The position numbers and the translations under genes were made by a program. The notes under the pieces are model-generated. The model worked only from the letters and a program-made list of their open reading frames with translations. It ran no database searches and was not told where the DNA came from. From an uncultured Muribaculaceae bacterium (GTDB lineage Bacteria > Bacteroidota > Bacteroidia > Bacteroidales > Muribaculaceae), in assembly GCA_910584495.1 (NCBI GenBank), contig CAJUAR010000001.1, forward strand, positions 15,733 through 79,732: 64,000 nucleotides of DNA. The letters run 5' to 3'. Positions 42,377 through 51,863 of the stretch are shown in pieces (position 1 is the first letter of the stretch; every line of letters starts with the position of its first letter).

Positions 42377-43042
42377 ATGAAACGATTCTGTATTTTGAGC
42401 CTCATCCTTGCAGCCGCTGCCACGTTTACAGCCCGCGGACAGTACTATGAAATTGCCAACCAGCTGCCACAACTTCTGCGTCCGGCCCTATCGGGTTCGG
42501 CCAACTACAAGGGTTTTGTCGAAATCTCGGGCCTCGCAGGCGTGGGACACAACCGCGCCAATGTCATCGACTTCTCCACCAGCCAGGGCTTTCAGTACAA
42601 CTCGTGGTTCTACATGGGCGTGGGAGTGGGAGTTGACATTGCCATGGCACAGCAGCCTTCGCTGCGTGACAACGATCCCGACTACGGCTATCTTGACCGC
42701 GACAACAAGAAGACCAAAGTGATGATTCCTCTATTCAGCGACTTCCGCTTCAACATCGGCAGCCGCGAGAGCACCTCGTTCTTTGCCGACATCAGACTTG
42801 GTGCCGCATGGATGGTGGGCAACGGCTATCTGCGCATGGCTGATGCATGTATGAGCAACAGCACACAGTTCTACCTGCGACCTACAATAGGTGTGCGTAT
42901 GCCTGTCAAGGCCGGCGACACAAGGCATGCCTTCAACATTGGCATCACCTACCAGTTGCTGACATCGAACAACAACTACTACCGCGATTCCAACTCGGTG
43001 AGCCTCAACAACTTCGGCGCATCAATAAGTTACGAGTGGTAG
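42377..43042 (+). CDS. Small outer-membrane beta-barrel (porin-family-like) protein
   Basis: Signal peptide MKRFCILSLILAAAATFTARGQ, alternating strands, and an aromatic C-terminus SISYEW. Confidence 0.5.
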   Translation: MKRFCILSLILAAAATFTARGQYYEIANQLPQLLRPALSGSANYKGFVEISGLAGVGHNRANVIDFSTSQGFQYNSWFYMGVGVGVDIAMAQQPSLRDNDPDYGYLDRDNKKTKVMIPLFSDFRFNIGSRESTSFFADIRLGAAWMVGNGYLRMADACMSNSTQFYLRPTIGVRMPVKAGDTRHAFNIGITYQLLTSNNNYYRDSNSVSLNNFGASISYEW

Positions 43043-43071
43043 CAGCCGTTGGAGGTTTGGCCAAAATTTTG

Positions 43072-43079
43072 TAACTTTG
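43072..43079 (+). promoter_or_regulatory. Candidate -7 box (TAACTTTG) only 7 nt upstream of the sigma-54 activator ATG
   Basis: Exact TAnnTTTG match. If it is used, the mRNA would be leaderless or nearly so. Confidence 0.3.
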
Positions 43080-43086
43080 CTCTCTG

Positions 43087-44304
43087 ATGAAAGAAAGTTC
43101 GACAACCATACCTCCTCAAGTTCTGCAGGCCAAGCAACGCTTCGGCATCATCGGTAACGCCCCAGCCCTGGTGGCGGCAGTGGAACGCGCCCTTCGCGTG
43201 GCCCCAATCGATCTGTCGGTGCTCGTCACCGGCGAGAGTGGTGCCGGCAAGGAGTTTTTTCCACAGATAATCCATGCCTACAGTGCCCGAAAGCACGCTA
43301 AATACATAGCCGTCAACTGCGGTGCCATCCCCGAAGGCACCATCGACTCCGAACTCTTCGGACATGAAAAAGGCGCCTTCACCGGGGCTGTGGATTCGCG
43401 AAAAGGCTACTTCGAGGAAGCTGACGGCGGCACCATTTTTCTCGACGAAGTGGCCGAAATGCCTCTCACCACCCAGGCACGCCTGCTGCGCGTGCTCGAA
43501 AGCGGCGAATATATCAAGGTGGGTTCGTCGACGGTGCAGAAAACCAATGTGCGCATCGTTGCCGCTACAAATGTCGACCTCCTTGCCGCAGTGTCGCAGG
43601 GCAAGTTCCGAGAAGACCTCTACTACCGTCTGTCCACGGTCCAGATTCATGTGCCTCCGCTCCGCGACCGAGGCATGGACATACGACTGCTAACACGCAA
43701 ATTTGCCGCCGATTTTTCGGAGCGTTACCGCATGCCCTCCATCAGTTTCACCGAAGAAAGCGATGACGCACTGCGCCACTACCGCTGGCCGGGCAATGTG
43801 CGCCAGCTCAAAAACGTGGTAGAGCAATTAGCCTTGTTCGAGGGCGGAAACACAATATCGGTAAGCACGCTCGAAGAATATCTGCCGTCGGTCAACACCT
43901 CGTATATGCCCGTGGCCGGAGGCGACCTCCACAGCTACCAGCGCGAACGTGAAATGCTTTTCGGCATGATTTTCAACCTGCAGAGCCGAATCGACGAACT
44001 TCAGCAGCAAATGGCAAAAAATTCCTTTCACTCCTCGCTTATGGTACACCCCAAGGAAGTGGAAACCAACGCCGCACCGCCATGCAGCGAGGTGAGCTAC
44101 TCCGAAGTGACAGAGCAGCCACGGATTCCGACAACGGCAATAGTCCGCTCGCCGCAACCGCCGGCGAGCCTCGAAGACAACGAACGCGAGATGATTCGCC
44201 GGGCTCTCGAACGTAACGAAGGCCGACGCAAAGCCGCAGCTGCCGAACTACAGATTTCAGAACGCACACTATACCGCAAAATCAAAGAATATGGCATGGA
44301 ATAA
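43087..44304 (+). CDS. Sigma-54-dependent transcriptional activator (AAA+ domain plus C-terminal Fis-type HTH, no N-terminal sensory domain)
   Basis: Walker A GESGAGKE, the sigma-54 contact loop GHEKGAFTGA, Walker B GGTIFLDEV, and C-terminal AAAELQISERTLYRKIKEYG. Confidence 0.88.
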   Translation: MKESSTTIPPQVLQAKQRFGIIGNAPALVAAVERALRVAPIDLSVLVTGESGAGKEFFPQIIHAYSARKHAKYIAVNCGAIPEGTIDSELFGHEKGAFTGAVDSRKGYFEEADGGTIFLDEVAEMPLTTQARLLRVLESGEYIKVGSSTVQKTNVRIVAATNVDLLAAVSQGKFREDLYYRLSTVQIHVPPLRDRGMDIRLLTRKFAADFSERYRMPSISFTEESDDALRHYRWPGNVRQLKNVVEQLALFEGGNTISVSTLEEYLPSVNTSYMPVAGGDLHSYQREREMLFGMIFNLQSRIDELQQQMAKNSFHSSLMVHPKEVETNAAPPCSEVSYSEVTEQPRIPTTAIVRSPQPPASLEDNEREMIRRALERNEGRRKAAAAELQISERTLYRKIKEYGME

Positions 44305-44812
44305 ATTCATCCGTCCGCTCCTCACAGCTCTCTGCCTTGTCGCCGCCATGCCGGCATGCAAGGTGACTTTCACCATGAACGGCTCGGCAATAGACTATAA
44401 CATCTATAAAACAGTGGGCGTTGGCGAATTTCCCATTCGCGCAGCCCTTGTCTACCCTCCGCTGCAGCAGATGTTCCAAAATGCCCTGCTCGACTATATA
44501 GACCGCAACACCCGTCTGCGCACCGTCGACCAAGGAGCCGACCTGCAAATCGACGGCGAAATTACAGGCTACAGCCTCTCGCCACAGGCCGTTACTGAAG
44601 ATGCCTACGCCTCGCAGACGCGCCTCACCATCACCGTCCGCGTAAAATATACCGACAGCAAACAAGAGGGCAAAGACTTAGACCAGACATTCTCGGCCTA
44701 TCGCGATTTCCCGGCCACAGAAATGCTCACCGACGTGCAGGACCAGCTCTGCGAAGAAATCAGCAAAGAACTCGTGGAACTAATCTTCAACGCCACCCTC
44801 GGCAACTGGTAA
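44291..44812 (+). CDS. lptE: Probable LPS-assembly lipoprotein LptE
   Basis: Lipobox AAMPAC; 173 aa. It overlaps the activator gene by 14 nt, and I recall the activator-LptE pair as conserved in Bacteroidetes. The assignment rests on context and size only. Confidence 0.5.
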   Translation: MAWNKFIRPLLTALCLVAAMPACKVTFTMNGSAIDYNIYKTVGVGEFPIRAALVYPPLQQMFQNALLDYIDRNTRLRTVDQGADLQIDGEITGYSLSPQAVTEDAYASQTRLTITVRVKYTDSKQEGKDLDQTFSAYRDFPATEMLTDVQDQLCEEISKELVELIFNATLGNW

Positions 44813-44820
44813 AAAACAAC

Positions 44821-44880
44821 CCCGATTATTCCCAATTAAACCCGATTAATCAGGATTAATCCAGATAAATCCCAAAAAAA
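44821..44880. repeat. Six 10-bp phased units (CCCGATTATT / CCCAATTAAA / CCCGATTAAT / CAGGATTAAT / CCAGATAAAT / CCCAAAAAAA) that include the palindromes GATTAATC and GGATTAATCC
   Basis: Read directly from the sequence. The array lies between the lptE-like stop (44812) and the TlpA-like ATG (44888). Confidence 0.8.
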
Positions 44881-44887
44881 CAATACA

Positions 44888-46738
44888 ATGAAAAAACTCT
44901 TTGCCATGTGCATGGCTGCCGCTCTTCTGGTGTGCGCTTGCTCAAGCCCCAAGGAACGAACCATCGAAATGCCGGCTATGGCTGCCGTCAACACAACTGA
45001 CCTCGATGTCAAAAAGGTGGAACTCACCGATTCGAACACCGTTCTGACCATGAACGTCAATTTCCGTCCCGGGTGGTGGATTCGCATTGCCGGCACGAGC
45101 AAAATTGTGGCCGACGGCAAGGAATATGCCATGCTCACGGCCGACGGCATAACACCCGACGAACAATTCATCATGCCCGAGAGCGGGGAGACAGAATTCA
45201 AACTCACCTTCCCGGCGATACCTCTGTCAACACAACAAATCGACTTTACCGAAGGTACTGACGATGGCTGGAGGATATGGGGAATTGATGTCAGCGGTGA
45301 AACAGTCGACATGCAGGGATACCCCTCAAGCCTGCCAAAATCATTCATAAACAAAGACTTGGCGACAATCAATCTAAAGCCCGAGATGAAAGCCGAGGAA
45401 TCGACAATAACATTTAAGGTGCTTGACTACAATCCCGAATATGGCAACAAGCTCGAAGTGGTGATGCTGGACATGGCCGGCCAAAACACCGAAAGTCTCA
45501 AACTCGACGGCTCGGGCACTGCCACGCTCATCAAAACCATCTACGGGCCGACAACCATAATGGCCAGCCTCGACAATCTCACTCCATATTGGCCGACAGG
45601 CATCACCGTTCTTCCAGGAGAAAATGTTGAAATGCTTCTCGACCCTCGAATTTCCGTCACCGCACAGATGAACCGTCGCGACGAAAATTTCAGACTTCCT
45701 GCAAGTACCTACGACAACGGCTCGCTTGCCGCACTGAACCAAAATTCCGCACTAATCAACAAATATGAACTCAGCGTTTTCGACCCGGAGAAATTCAGTT
45801 GGAAGCTCGATGCCGACGAATTTACCGACAAGCTCATTGCAATGCACAATGAAATGGCTGATTCTATCAAGGCTTCTACAGAACTTCCTGAAAACATCAA
45901 GCAATACCTACTTGCCGACCTCGACCTGAACACACTCTCCGGCCTGGCAAATGCCAAACACGTACTGGCTAATTCATTCTACTACACACATAGGAACGAA
46001 CGCAATGCCGATGCTCGCGATTCGATTAAATGCGAACTCGGCGACGAACACTATGCCCGGGTGGCCAAAGCTGTGAACCTCGACAACCCCTATCTGCCCA
46101 TGAGCAGCACAATGCACGAGGCTTTCCAGACCGACTGGAGCAAATATGTGCCATCGAAACAGGCGGCAGAGCTTTATGCCTTTACCAAACTATACAAGGA
46201 CGCTTCGAAAGGCCAGCTCTCGGAAACGCAGATTGACGAGGCCAAAAAGATGTCTTCGCCCTTCTATGCTGACGCAGCCGTCAAACGCAACGCCGAGGCT
46301 CTGAAAGCAATCGAGGCTTCCGCCGACCTAATTGCCAAGCTTCCGGATGCCGACAACGACAAACTTTTTGAAGCAATCGTCGAGCCTTACAAAGGCAAGG
46401 TGGTGCTCGTCGACCTGTGGAACACCTGGTGCGGGCCTTGCCGTGCCGCCCTCAAAGCAAACGAGCCCCTCAAAAGCGGCGAACTTGCAAACGACGACAT
46501 TGTGTGGATTTATATCGCCGACGAATCGTCGGAACTCAACAAATATTTGAAGATGATTCCCGACATAAAAGGCATACACCACATGGTGAACAGCGACCAG
46601 ATACAGACAATTCGCAAACAGTTCGATGTCGACGGGATTCCATTCTATATCCTTGTCGACCGCAACGGTAAAGCAACTGGCCATCCCGACTTCCGCGACC
46701 ACAGCAAACTTGTGGAAGGTATAAAGAGCGCACTATAA
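44888..46738 (+). CDS. TlpA-family thiol-disulfide oxidoreductase lipoprotein with a long N-terminal extension
   Basis: Lipobox LLVCAC. The C-terminal thioredoxin fold carries VLVDLWNTWCGPCR. The roughly 480-aa N-terminal region has unknown function. Confidence 0.75.
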   Translation: MKKLFAMCMAAALLVCACSSPKERTIEMPAMAAVNTTDLDVKKVELTDSNTVLTMNVNFRPGWWIRIAGTSKIVADGKEYAMLTADGITPDEQFIMPESGETEFKLTFPAIPLSTQQIDFTEGTDDGWRIWGIDVSGETVDMQGYPSSLPKSFINKDLATINLKPEMKAEESTITFKVLDYNPEYGNKLEVVMLDMAGQNTESLKLDGSGTATLIKTIYGPTTIMASLDNLTPYWPTGITVLPGENVEMLLDPRISVTAQMNRRDENFRLPASTYDNGSLAALNQNSALINKYELSVFDPEKFSWKLDADEFTDKLIAMHNEMADSIKASTELPENIKQYLLADLDLNTLSGLANAKHVLANSFYYTHRNERNADARDSIKCELGDEHYARVAKAVNLDNPYLPMSSTMHEAFQTDWSKYVPSKQAAELYAFTKLYKDASKGQLSETQIDEAKKMSSPFYADAAVKRNAEALKAIEASADLIAKLPDADNDKLFEAIVEPYKGKVVLVDLWNTWCGPCRAALKANEPLKSGELANDDIVWIYIADESSELNKYLKMIPDIKGIHHMVNSDQIQTIRKQFDVDGIPFYILVDRNGKATGHPDFRDHSKLVEGIKSAL

Positions 46739-46748
46739 CAATCTATCT

Positions 46749-48749
46749 ATGAACAAACTTAGCATCATCACTTTGGCCTCGCTGCTGACGGTATCGGCAG
46801 CGAGCGCCAAACAATCGACCCAGACCCTCAGCTCTCCCGACGGCAAAATCACCGTAACTGTCAACACCGGCGACAAACTGGCCTACTCCATAGCCCTCAA
46901 CGGCCGCACCGTGCTCGAACAGACACCTATTTCTATCGACATTGCCGGCGGCAAAAGCATAGGCACATCTCTCAAAGGTGTTTCGGCTCGCAAAGGCAAA
47001 GTAGATGGCACTGTGCCTTCGCCATTCTATCGCTCTACGTCAATTGCCGAAAAATATAACAGCCTTACCCTCAAAGTCGACCGCGAATGGAATGTGGACT
47101 TCCGCGCCTACGACGACGGCGTGGCCTACCGCTTTGAATATACCGGCAAAAAGCCTCTCGACATTGCTGCCGAGAATGCCCGTTTCACCTTCACGGGCGA
47201 TGCCGTGGCAACTGTGCCCTACGTCAAGGCCGAAGAAGGTGCTTCGTTCGAAAAACAGTTCTTCAACTCATTTGAGAACACCTACACCACAGCCAAACTG
47301 TCGGCCCTCGACAGTCGCCGCCTCATCTTCACCCCGGCTGTTGTGGAAGCCGTGCCCGGTGTCAAACTGATGTTTATGGAGAGCGGTCTGCTCAACTATC
47401 CGGGAATGTACCTTAACAAAACCGACGGCAACGCCCTTCGCGCCATGTTCGCCCCCTACCCCAAAACAACGCAGCAGGGCGGCCACAACAAGTTGCAAAG
47501 CCTCGTCAAGAGCCGCGAGACCTATATTGCCCACATCGACGGACCCCGCGCACTGCCTTGGCGAGTATGCGTTGTAGCCGACGACGACCGCACACTTGCC
47601 TCTACCGAACTTTCCTACCTCCTGGCCGAACCATCGCGTGTGACCGACACTTCGTGGATCAAGCCCGGCAAGGTGGCATGGGACTGGTGGAACGCCTGGA
47701 ACATCGACGGAGTCGATTTCGAAGCCGGCATCAACAATCAGACATATAAATTCTACATCGACTTCGCATCGAAGTACGGCATCGAATATGTGATTCTCGA
47801 CGAAGGCTGGGCTGTCAACAAGAAGGCCGACTTATTCCAGGTTGTGCCCGAAATCAACCTTGAGGAACTTGTGGAATATGCCCGCACCAAAAACGTGGGT
47901 CTTATTCTCTGGGCCGGATATTATGCCTTCAACCGCGACATGGAGCATGTGTGCAAGCACTATTCCGAAATGGGCATCAAAGGTTTCAAAGTCGATTTCA
48001 TGGACCGCGACGACCAGCAGATGACCGACTTCGAGGACCGTGCCGCAGCCATGGCGGCAAAATACGGCCTTGTGCTCGACCTCCACGGCAGCTACAAACC
48101 TGCCGGCATGAACCGCACCTATCCCAACGTTCTCAACTTCGAGGGCGTTCACGGCCTTGAACAGATGAAATGGAGCAAACAGGGTGTAGACCAGGTTACT
48201 TACGACGTTCAGCTGCCCTTCATCCGTCAGGCTTCAGGCCCGATGGACTACACACAGGGCGCAATGCGAAACGCTACGAAGAAAAACTATGCCCCCGTCA
48301 ACAGCGAACCTATGAGCCAGGGCACACGCTGCCGCCAGCTGGCAATGTACATGGTGTTCGACGCTCCTCTCAACATGCTCTGCGACAGTCCTTCGGCCTA
48401 TATGCGCGAGCCCGAATGTACAGAGTTCATCGCCGGTGTGCCAACCTACTGGGACGAAACTCGCATCCTCGCCGGCAAAATGGGCGAATATATCATCACT
48501 GCACGCCGCAAGGGCGACAATTGGTATATAGGCGGCATGACCAACTGGGATGCCCGCGACATGGAGCTTGATCTCAGTTTCCTCGAAAGCGGCAAGACAT
48601 ACGAGGCCGACATCTTTGCCGACGGTGTGAACGCACACCGCATAGCACGCGACTTCCGCCACTATTCCACCACCGTCGAGGCCGGCACCAAACTGCCCCT
48701 CCACGCAGCCCCCGGCGGTGGCTTCGCCCTCAAACTGACTTTGAATTAA
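46749..48749 (+). CDS. Glycoside hydrolase family 97 (SusB-like alpha-glucosidase)
   Basis: 666 aa. SSPDGKITVTVNTGDKLAYSIALNGRTVLEQTPISIDI is the typical GH97 N-terminus, and the catalytic-domain text GIEYVILDEGW and GFKVDFMDRDDQ also fits. Confidence 0.85.
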   Translation: MNKLSIITLASLLTVSAASAKQSTQTLSSPDGKITVTVNTGDKLAYSIALNGRTVLEQTPISIDIAGGKSIGTSLKGVSARKGKVDGTVPSPFYRSTSIAEKYNSLTLKVDREWNVDFRAYDDGVAYRFEYTGKKPLDIAAENARFTFTGDAVATVPYVKAEEGASFEKQFFNSFENTYTTAKLSALDSRRLIFTPAVVEAVPGVKLMFMESGLLNYPGMYLNKTDGNALRAMFAPYPKTTQQGGHNKLQSLVKSRETYIAHIDGPRALPWRVCVVADDDRTLASTELSYLLAEPSRVTDTSWIKPGKVAWDWWNAWNIDGVDFEAGINNQTYKFYIDFASKYGIEYVILDEGWAVNKKADLFQVVPEINLEELVEYARTKNVGLILWAGYYAFNRDMEHVCKHYSEMGIKGFKVDFMDRDDQQMTDFEDRAAAMAAKYGLVLDLHGSYKPAGMNRTYPNVLNFEGVHGLEQMKWSKQGVDQVTYDVQLPFIRQASGPMDYTQGAMRNATKKNYAPVNSEPMSQGTRCRQLAMYMVFDAPLNMLCDSPSAYMREPECTEFIAGVPTYWDETRILAGKMGEYIITARRKGDNWYIGGMTNWDARDMELDLSFLESGKTYEADIFADGVNAHRIARDFRHYSTTVEAGTKLPLHAAPGGGFALKLTLN

Positions 48750-48773
48750 TCCGCACATCCCTCAACGAAAACC

Positions 48774-49940
48774 ATGAGCGACCAAAAGAACACAGACCTG
48801 ACAAGCAAACCAAGATATGAAATACTCGACGGACTGCGCGGCGTAGCGGCCCTGATTGTGGTGGCATTCCACCTCTTCGAAGCTTACGCCCCGCATCCGT
48901 CGCTCCAAATCATCAATCACGGCTATCTGGCTGTAGACTTTTTCTTTGCCCTGTCGGGCTTTGTCATCGGCTACGCCTACGACGACCGCTGGAGCCGAGG
49001 CCTTACCGTGGGACGATTCTTCATGCGCCGCCTCGTGCGCCTTCAGCCAATGGTGCTGATGGGCGCAACTCTGGGCATGCTGCTCTATTTCTTCGGCATG
49101 GCCGACATTGCAAACACCACCGTAGGCACCCTTCTGCTGGTGTGGGTGCTGAGCTGTCTGCTGCTGCCTGTGGGCAAGTCGCTCGACATCCGCGGATGGG
49201 ACGAGGGCTACCCTCTCGACGGTCCGCAATGGTCGCTGGCTTTCGAATATATTGCCAATGTGCTCTATGCCACCATCATCCGCCGTTTCCCTCTGTGGCT
49301 GTTGGGTTTGTTTGTGGCGCTCGCAGCAATGCTCTCGCTCGACCTTGGCCTTAATCTCGACCTCTTCGACATGCTCGACGGCCGCGAAATGCAACGTTTC
49401 ACCTATATTGGAGGTTGGTCGCTCGACCCGACGCAGCTCTATGTAGGGTTTACCCGTCTGCTCTACCCCTTCTTTGCCGGCCTGCTTGTCTACCGCCTGG
49501 GGTGGCGGCTCCGTGCGGGACAGTCGTCATTCCTCATTTGCTCGCTCATCATTGCCGCCGTGCTGATGATGCCGCGTGTCGGGCTTGGGGAAGAAGGCTG
49601 GGGTAATGGTCTCTACGAAGCTCTGTGCGTGCTGCTGGTGTTCCCTCTCGTGCTTATGATCGGCTCCGGGGCCAATATCGGAGGTGGCCGCCAACTCGCC
49701 GTCTGCCGCTGGCTCGGGCGCATCTCCTACCCGCTCTACATCACTCACTATCCATTGATATACATGGCCTTTGAATGGCGGGTAAAAAACGATGCGCTCC
49801 CACTGTCGTCGCACATTATGATGTGTGTCAGCATCTTTATCCTCGCCATTGGGCTTGCCGTGGCATGCGAACGCCTCTACGACGCACCAATCCGCCAACG
49901 CCTCTCGCAATGGCTCCGTAAACGCTCATCGCAAAAGTAA
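48774..49940 (+). CDS. Acyltransferase family 3 membrane protein
   Basis: YEILDGLRGVAALIVVAFHL is the acyltransferase_3 start. About 10 TM helices. Confidence 0.8.
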   Translation: MSDQKNTDLTSKPRYEILDGLRGVAALIVVAFHLFEAYAPHPSLQIINHGYLAVDFFFALSGFVIGYAYDDRWSRGLTVGRFFMRRLVRLQPMVLMGATLGMLLYFFGMADIANTTVGTLLLVWVLSCLLLPVGKSLDIRGWDEGYPLDGPQWSLAFEYIANVLYATIIRRFPLWLLGLFVALAAMLSLDLGLNLDLFDMLDGREMQRFTYIGGWSLDPTQLYVGFTRLLYPFFAGLLVYRLGWRLRAGQSSFLICSLIIAAVLMMPRVGLGEEGWGNGLYEALCVLLVFPLVLMIGSGANIGGGRQLAVCRWLGRISYPLYITHYPLIYMAFEWRVKNDALPLSSHIMMCVSIFILAIGLAVACERLYDAPIRQRLSQWLRKRSSQK

Positions 49941-49968
49941 AGCACAGACCTTGATTTCATGAACAAGA

Positions 49969-50000
49969 TTTGTGTCAGTGGAAAATTTGGTTTATATTTG
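49969..50000 (+). promoter_or_regulatory. Candidate promoter of the Rpn-like gene (-33 TTTG, 20-nt spacer, -7 TATATTTG)
   Basis: TTTG at 49969..49972 and TATATTTG at 49993..50000, 25 nt upstream of the ATG at 50026. Confidence 0.4.
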
Positions 50001-50025
50001 CAAAAGTAATCAACAGTCTTTAGCT

Positions 50026-50985
50026 ATGGCGCAAGAGAACACATATATTCGGTTTGACTGGGCAATGAAACATATGCTCAGAGATAAAAGCAACTTCGGA
50101 ATCCTCGAAGGGTTTATCTCTGTCCTCTTAGGCGAAGATGTGAAAATTGTCGAACTACTCGAAAGCGAATCGAATCAGGAAAATGAATCGGACAAATTCA
50201 ACAGAGTGGACATTAAGGCCAAAAACAGCAAGGGTCATCTCATAATAGTGGAAGTTCAGCTCACCCGCCAGCTGTATTATCTCCAGCGTATACTTTATGG
50301 CACATGCAAGGCCATTACCGAGCATATCAACATAGGGGAGAAATACGACCAGGTGAAAAAGGTGTATTCAATCAGCATCCTCTATTGCGACTATGGGCAG
50401 GGCGATGACTATGTCTACCATGGCCAAACTCGCTTCAAGGGAATCCATACAGGCAATGACCTATTAGTGAATATTAAAGAGGACGGTGTAATTGTGCCTC
50501 ATCTTCCTCGCGAGGTGTTCCCGGAGTATTATCTGGTGCGCGTAAATGTCTATGACAAGATACCGGAAACACCCCTCGATGAATGGATGACATACCTGAA
50601 GACCGGCAAAGTGAAAGAGGACACACGCACTCCCGGCCTTCAGGAAGTGAAGAAGAAACTGCAGTATTTATCGATGTCTCCAAAGGAACGTCGTGCTTAC
50701 GAAGAACACATGGACACGATTATGGTTCAGAACGATGTGCTCGACACTGCCAGAGACGAAGGTCGTGCCGAAGGACGCGCCGAAGGTCGTGCCGAAGGTC
50801 GTGCCGAAGGTCGCGCCGAAGGTCGTGCCGAAGGTCGTGCTGAAGGTCGTGCCGAAGGGCGTGCCGAAGGCATAACAAGCGTAGCGAAAAAGATGATTGC
50901 CAAAGGCATGGACAATGCTACTATTTGCGCTTTAACCGGACTTTCTGCCAAAGACCTCGACGACCTCCGAAATCAATGTAGATAA
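50026..50985 (+). CDS. Rpn-family / PD-(D/E)XK nuclease-family putative transposase-like protein with an internal (EGRA)9 repeat
   Basis: YIRFDWAMKHMLRDKSNFGILEGF, NRVDIKAKNSKGHLIIVEVQ (a D..E.Q/K core) and a C-terminal helical region. The start at 50026 follows a TTTG-20nt-TATATTTG promoter candidate (49969..50000). Confidence 0.7.
   Translation: MAQENTYIRFDWAMKHMLRDKSNFGILEGFISVLLGEDVKIVELLESESNQENESDKFNRVDIKAKNSKGHLIIVEVQLTRQLYYLQRILYGTCKAITEHINIGEKYDQVKKVYSISILYCDYGQGDDYVYHGQTRFKGIHTGNDLLVNIKEDGVIVPHLPREVFPEYYLVRVNVYDKIPETPLDEWMTYLKTGKVKEDTRTPGLQEVKKKLQYLSMSPKERRAYEEHMDTIMVQNDVLDTARDEGRAEGRAEGRAEGRAEGRAEGRAEGRAEGRAEGRAEGITSVAKKMIAKGMDNATICALTGLSAKDLDDLRNQCR
50758..50871 (+). repeat. 12-bp in-frame tandem repeat, 9 full copies plus a partial one (GAAGGTCGTGCC, encoding EGRA)
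   Basis: Counted copy by copy from the sequence. Only synonymous third-position or Arg-codon variants distinguish the copies. Confidence 0.95.
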
Positions 50986-51083
50986 GAGTAGGGACGCGCA
51001 ATGGCGCGTCCACCGAACGAGCTATTAACACAAAGATGCACAAGCACTCAGCGTTAGTTCGACTGTTATTGACAAGCCGCCTC

Positions 51084-51863
51084 TTACGGAGTGGAGATGT
51101 TGTGACGCACGCGCTCGAGAAAGCCGGCCATGGCTTCGCTGTCGCGGGCGGCGATAATTCCCCGCAACTCGGACAAGGCATCGCTGATGCGGTCGAGCTG
51201 CGCTATTGATTCCTTGTTGAAAAGTATTTCGCTCAGCAGGAAATCGTCCTCGCTCATCAAGCCCTTGGCAATGGCAAGATGGCGTTTGAACGTTGTGCCG
51301 GGGGCCGGCTGGTGCTTCATTGCCGAGCCGAAGACGAGCGACGATGCAAAGGGAACCGACAACGAATAGGCGATGGTCTTGTCATGGCCTTCGAAAGTAT
51401 AGGTCTCGACATGGAGGCCGAGACGGCGGTAGAGGCTTTCGAAAAAAGCTATCCCCAGCGCATCGCCCTCGCTGATGATGATTGCGTTTTCGCTGCTCAG
51501 GCTCGACAGGCTGGCGAATGTTGGACCGAACATGGGGTGGGTCGACACAAAGGGATGCCCCGACGAGGCATAGAACTCCGGCAGCCCGGCCTTGACCGAG
51601 GCAATATCGGCAAGCATAGCCCCGGGACGAATGTGTGGAAGCACCTGCCGGAAAGCATCGAGAGTATATTTCACCGTGGCGGCATTTAGAACCATGTCGG
51701 GGTCGAACTCATCGACTTCGTCGAGTTGTGAAAACCGGCGGCAGTTGTAGGTGAAACGAAGACGTTCGGGTTCGCGGTCGTAAACGGCAACATCGTGGTC
51801 GAACGAAAGGACATCGCAGAAAAAAGAGCCCATTTTTCCCGCTCCGAGAATCAATATTTTCAT
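51084..51863 (-). CDS. tyrA: Prephenate dehydrogenase
   Basis: MKILILGAGKMGSFF Rossmann start; 259 aa. It is the last gene of the aromatic amino-acid operon and overlaps the upstream gene by 4 nt. Confidence 0.8.
   Translation of the reverse strand: MKILILGAGKMGSFFCDVLSFDHDVAVYDREPERLRFTYNCRRFSQLDEVDEFDPDMVLNAATVKYTLDAFRQVLPHIRPGAMLADIASVKAGLPEFYASSGHPFVSTHPMFGPTFASLSSLSSENAIIISEGDALGIAFFESLYRRLGLHVETYTFEGHDKTIAYSLSVPFASSLVFGSAMKHQPAPGTTFKRHLAIAKGLMSEDDFLLSEILFNKESIAQLDRISDALSELRGIIAARDSEAMAGFLERVRHNISTP

Noticed and set aside
50758-50871. Possible CRISPR array
   Set aside because: The repeats are 12 bp, directly abutting with no spacers, and in frame inside a coding sequence. No cas genes are present in the window.
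50583-50951. Three ORFs with RRSC, PKVV and SARP repeats
   Set aside because: They are alternative-frame or opposite-strand readings of the 12-bp EGRA tandem repeat and are artefacts of the repeat.
50992-51011. GGACGCGC-AATG-GCGCGTCC hairpin between the Rpn-like gene and tyrA
   Set aside because: The 8-bp stem is perfect, but neither strand has a convincing U-tract. It may be a terminator or a repeated palindromic element, and I cannot tell from a single copy.
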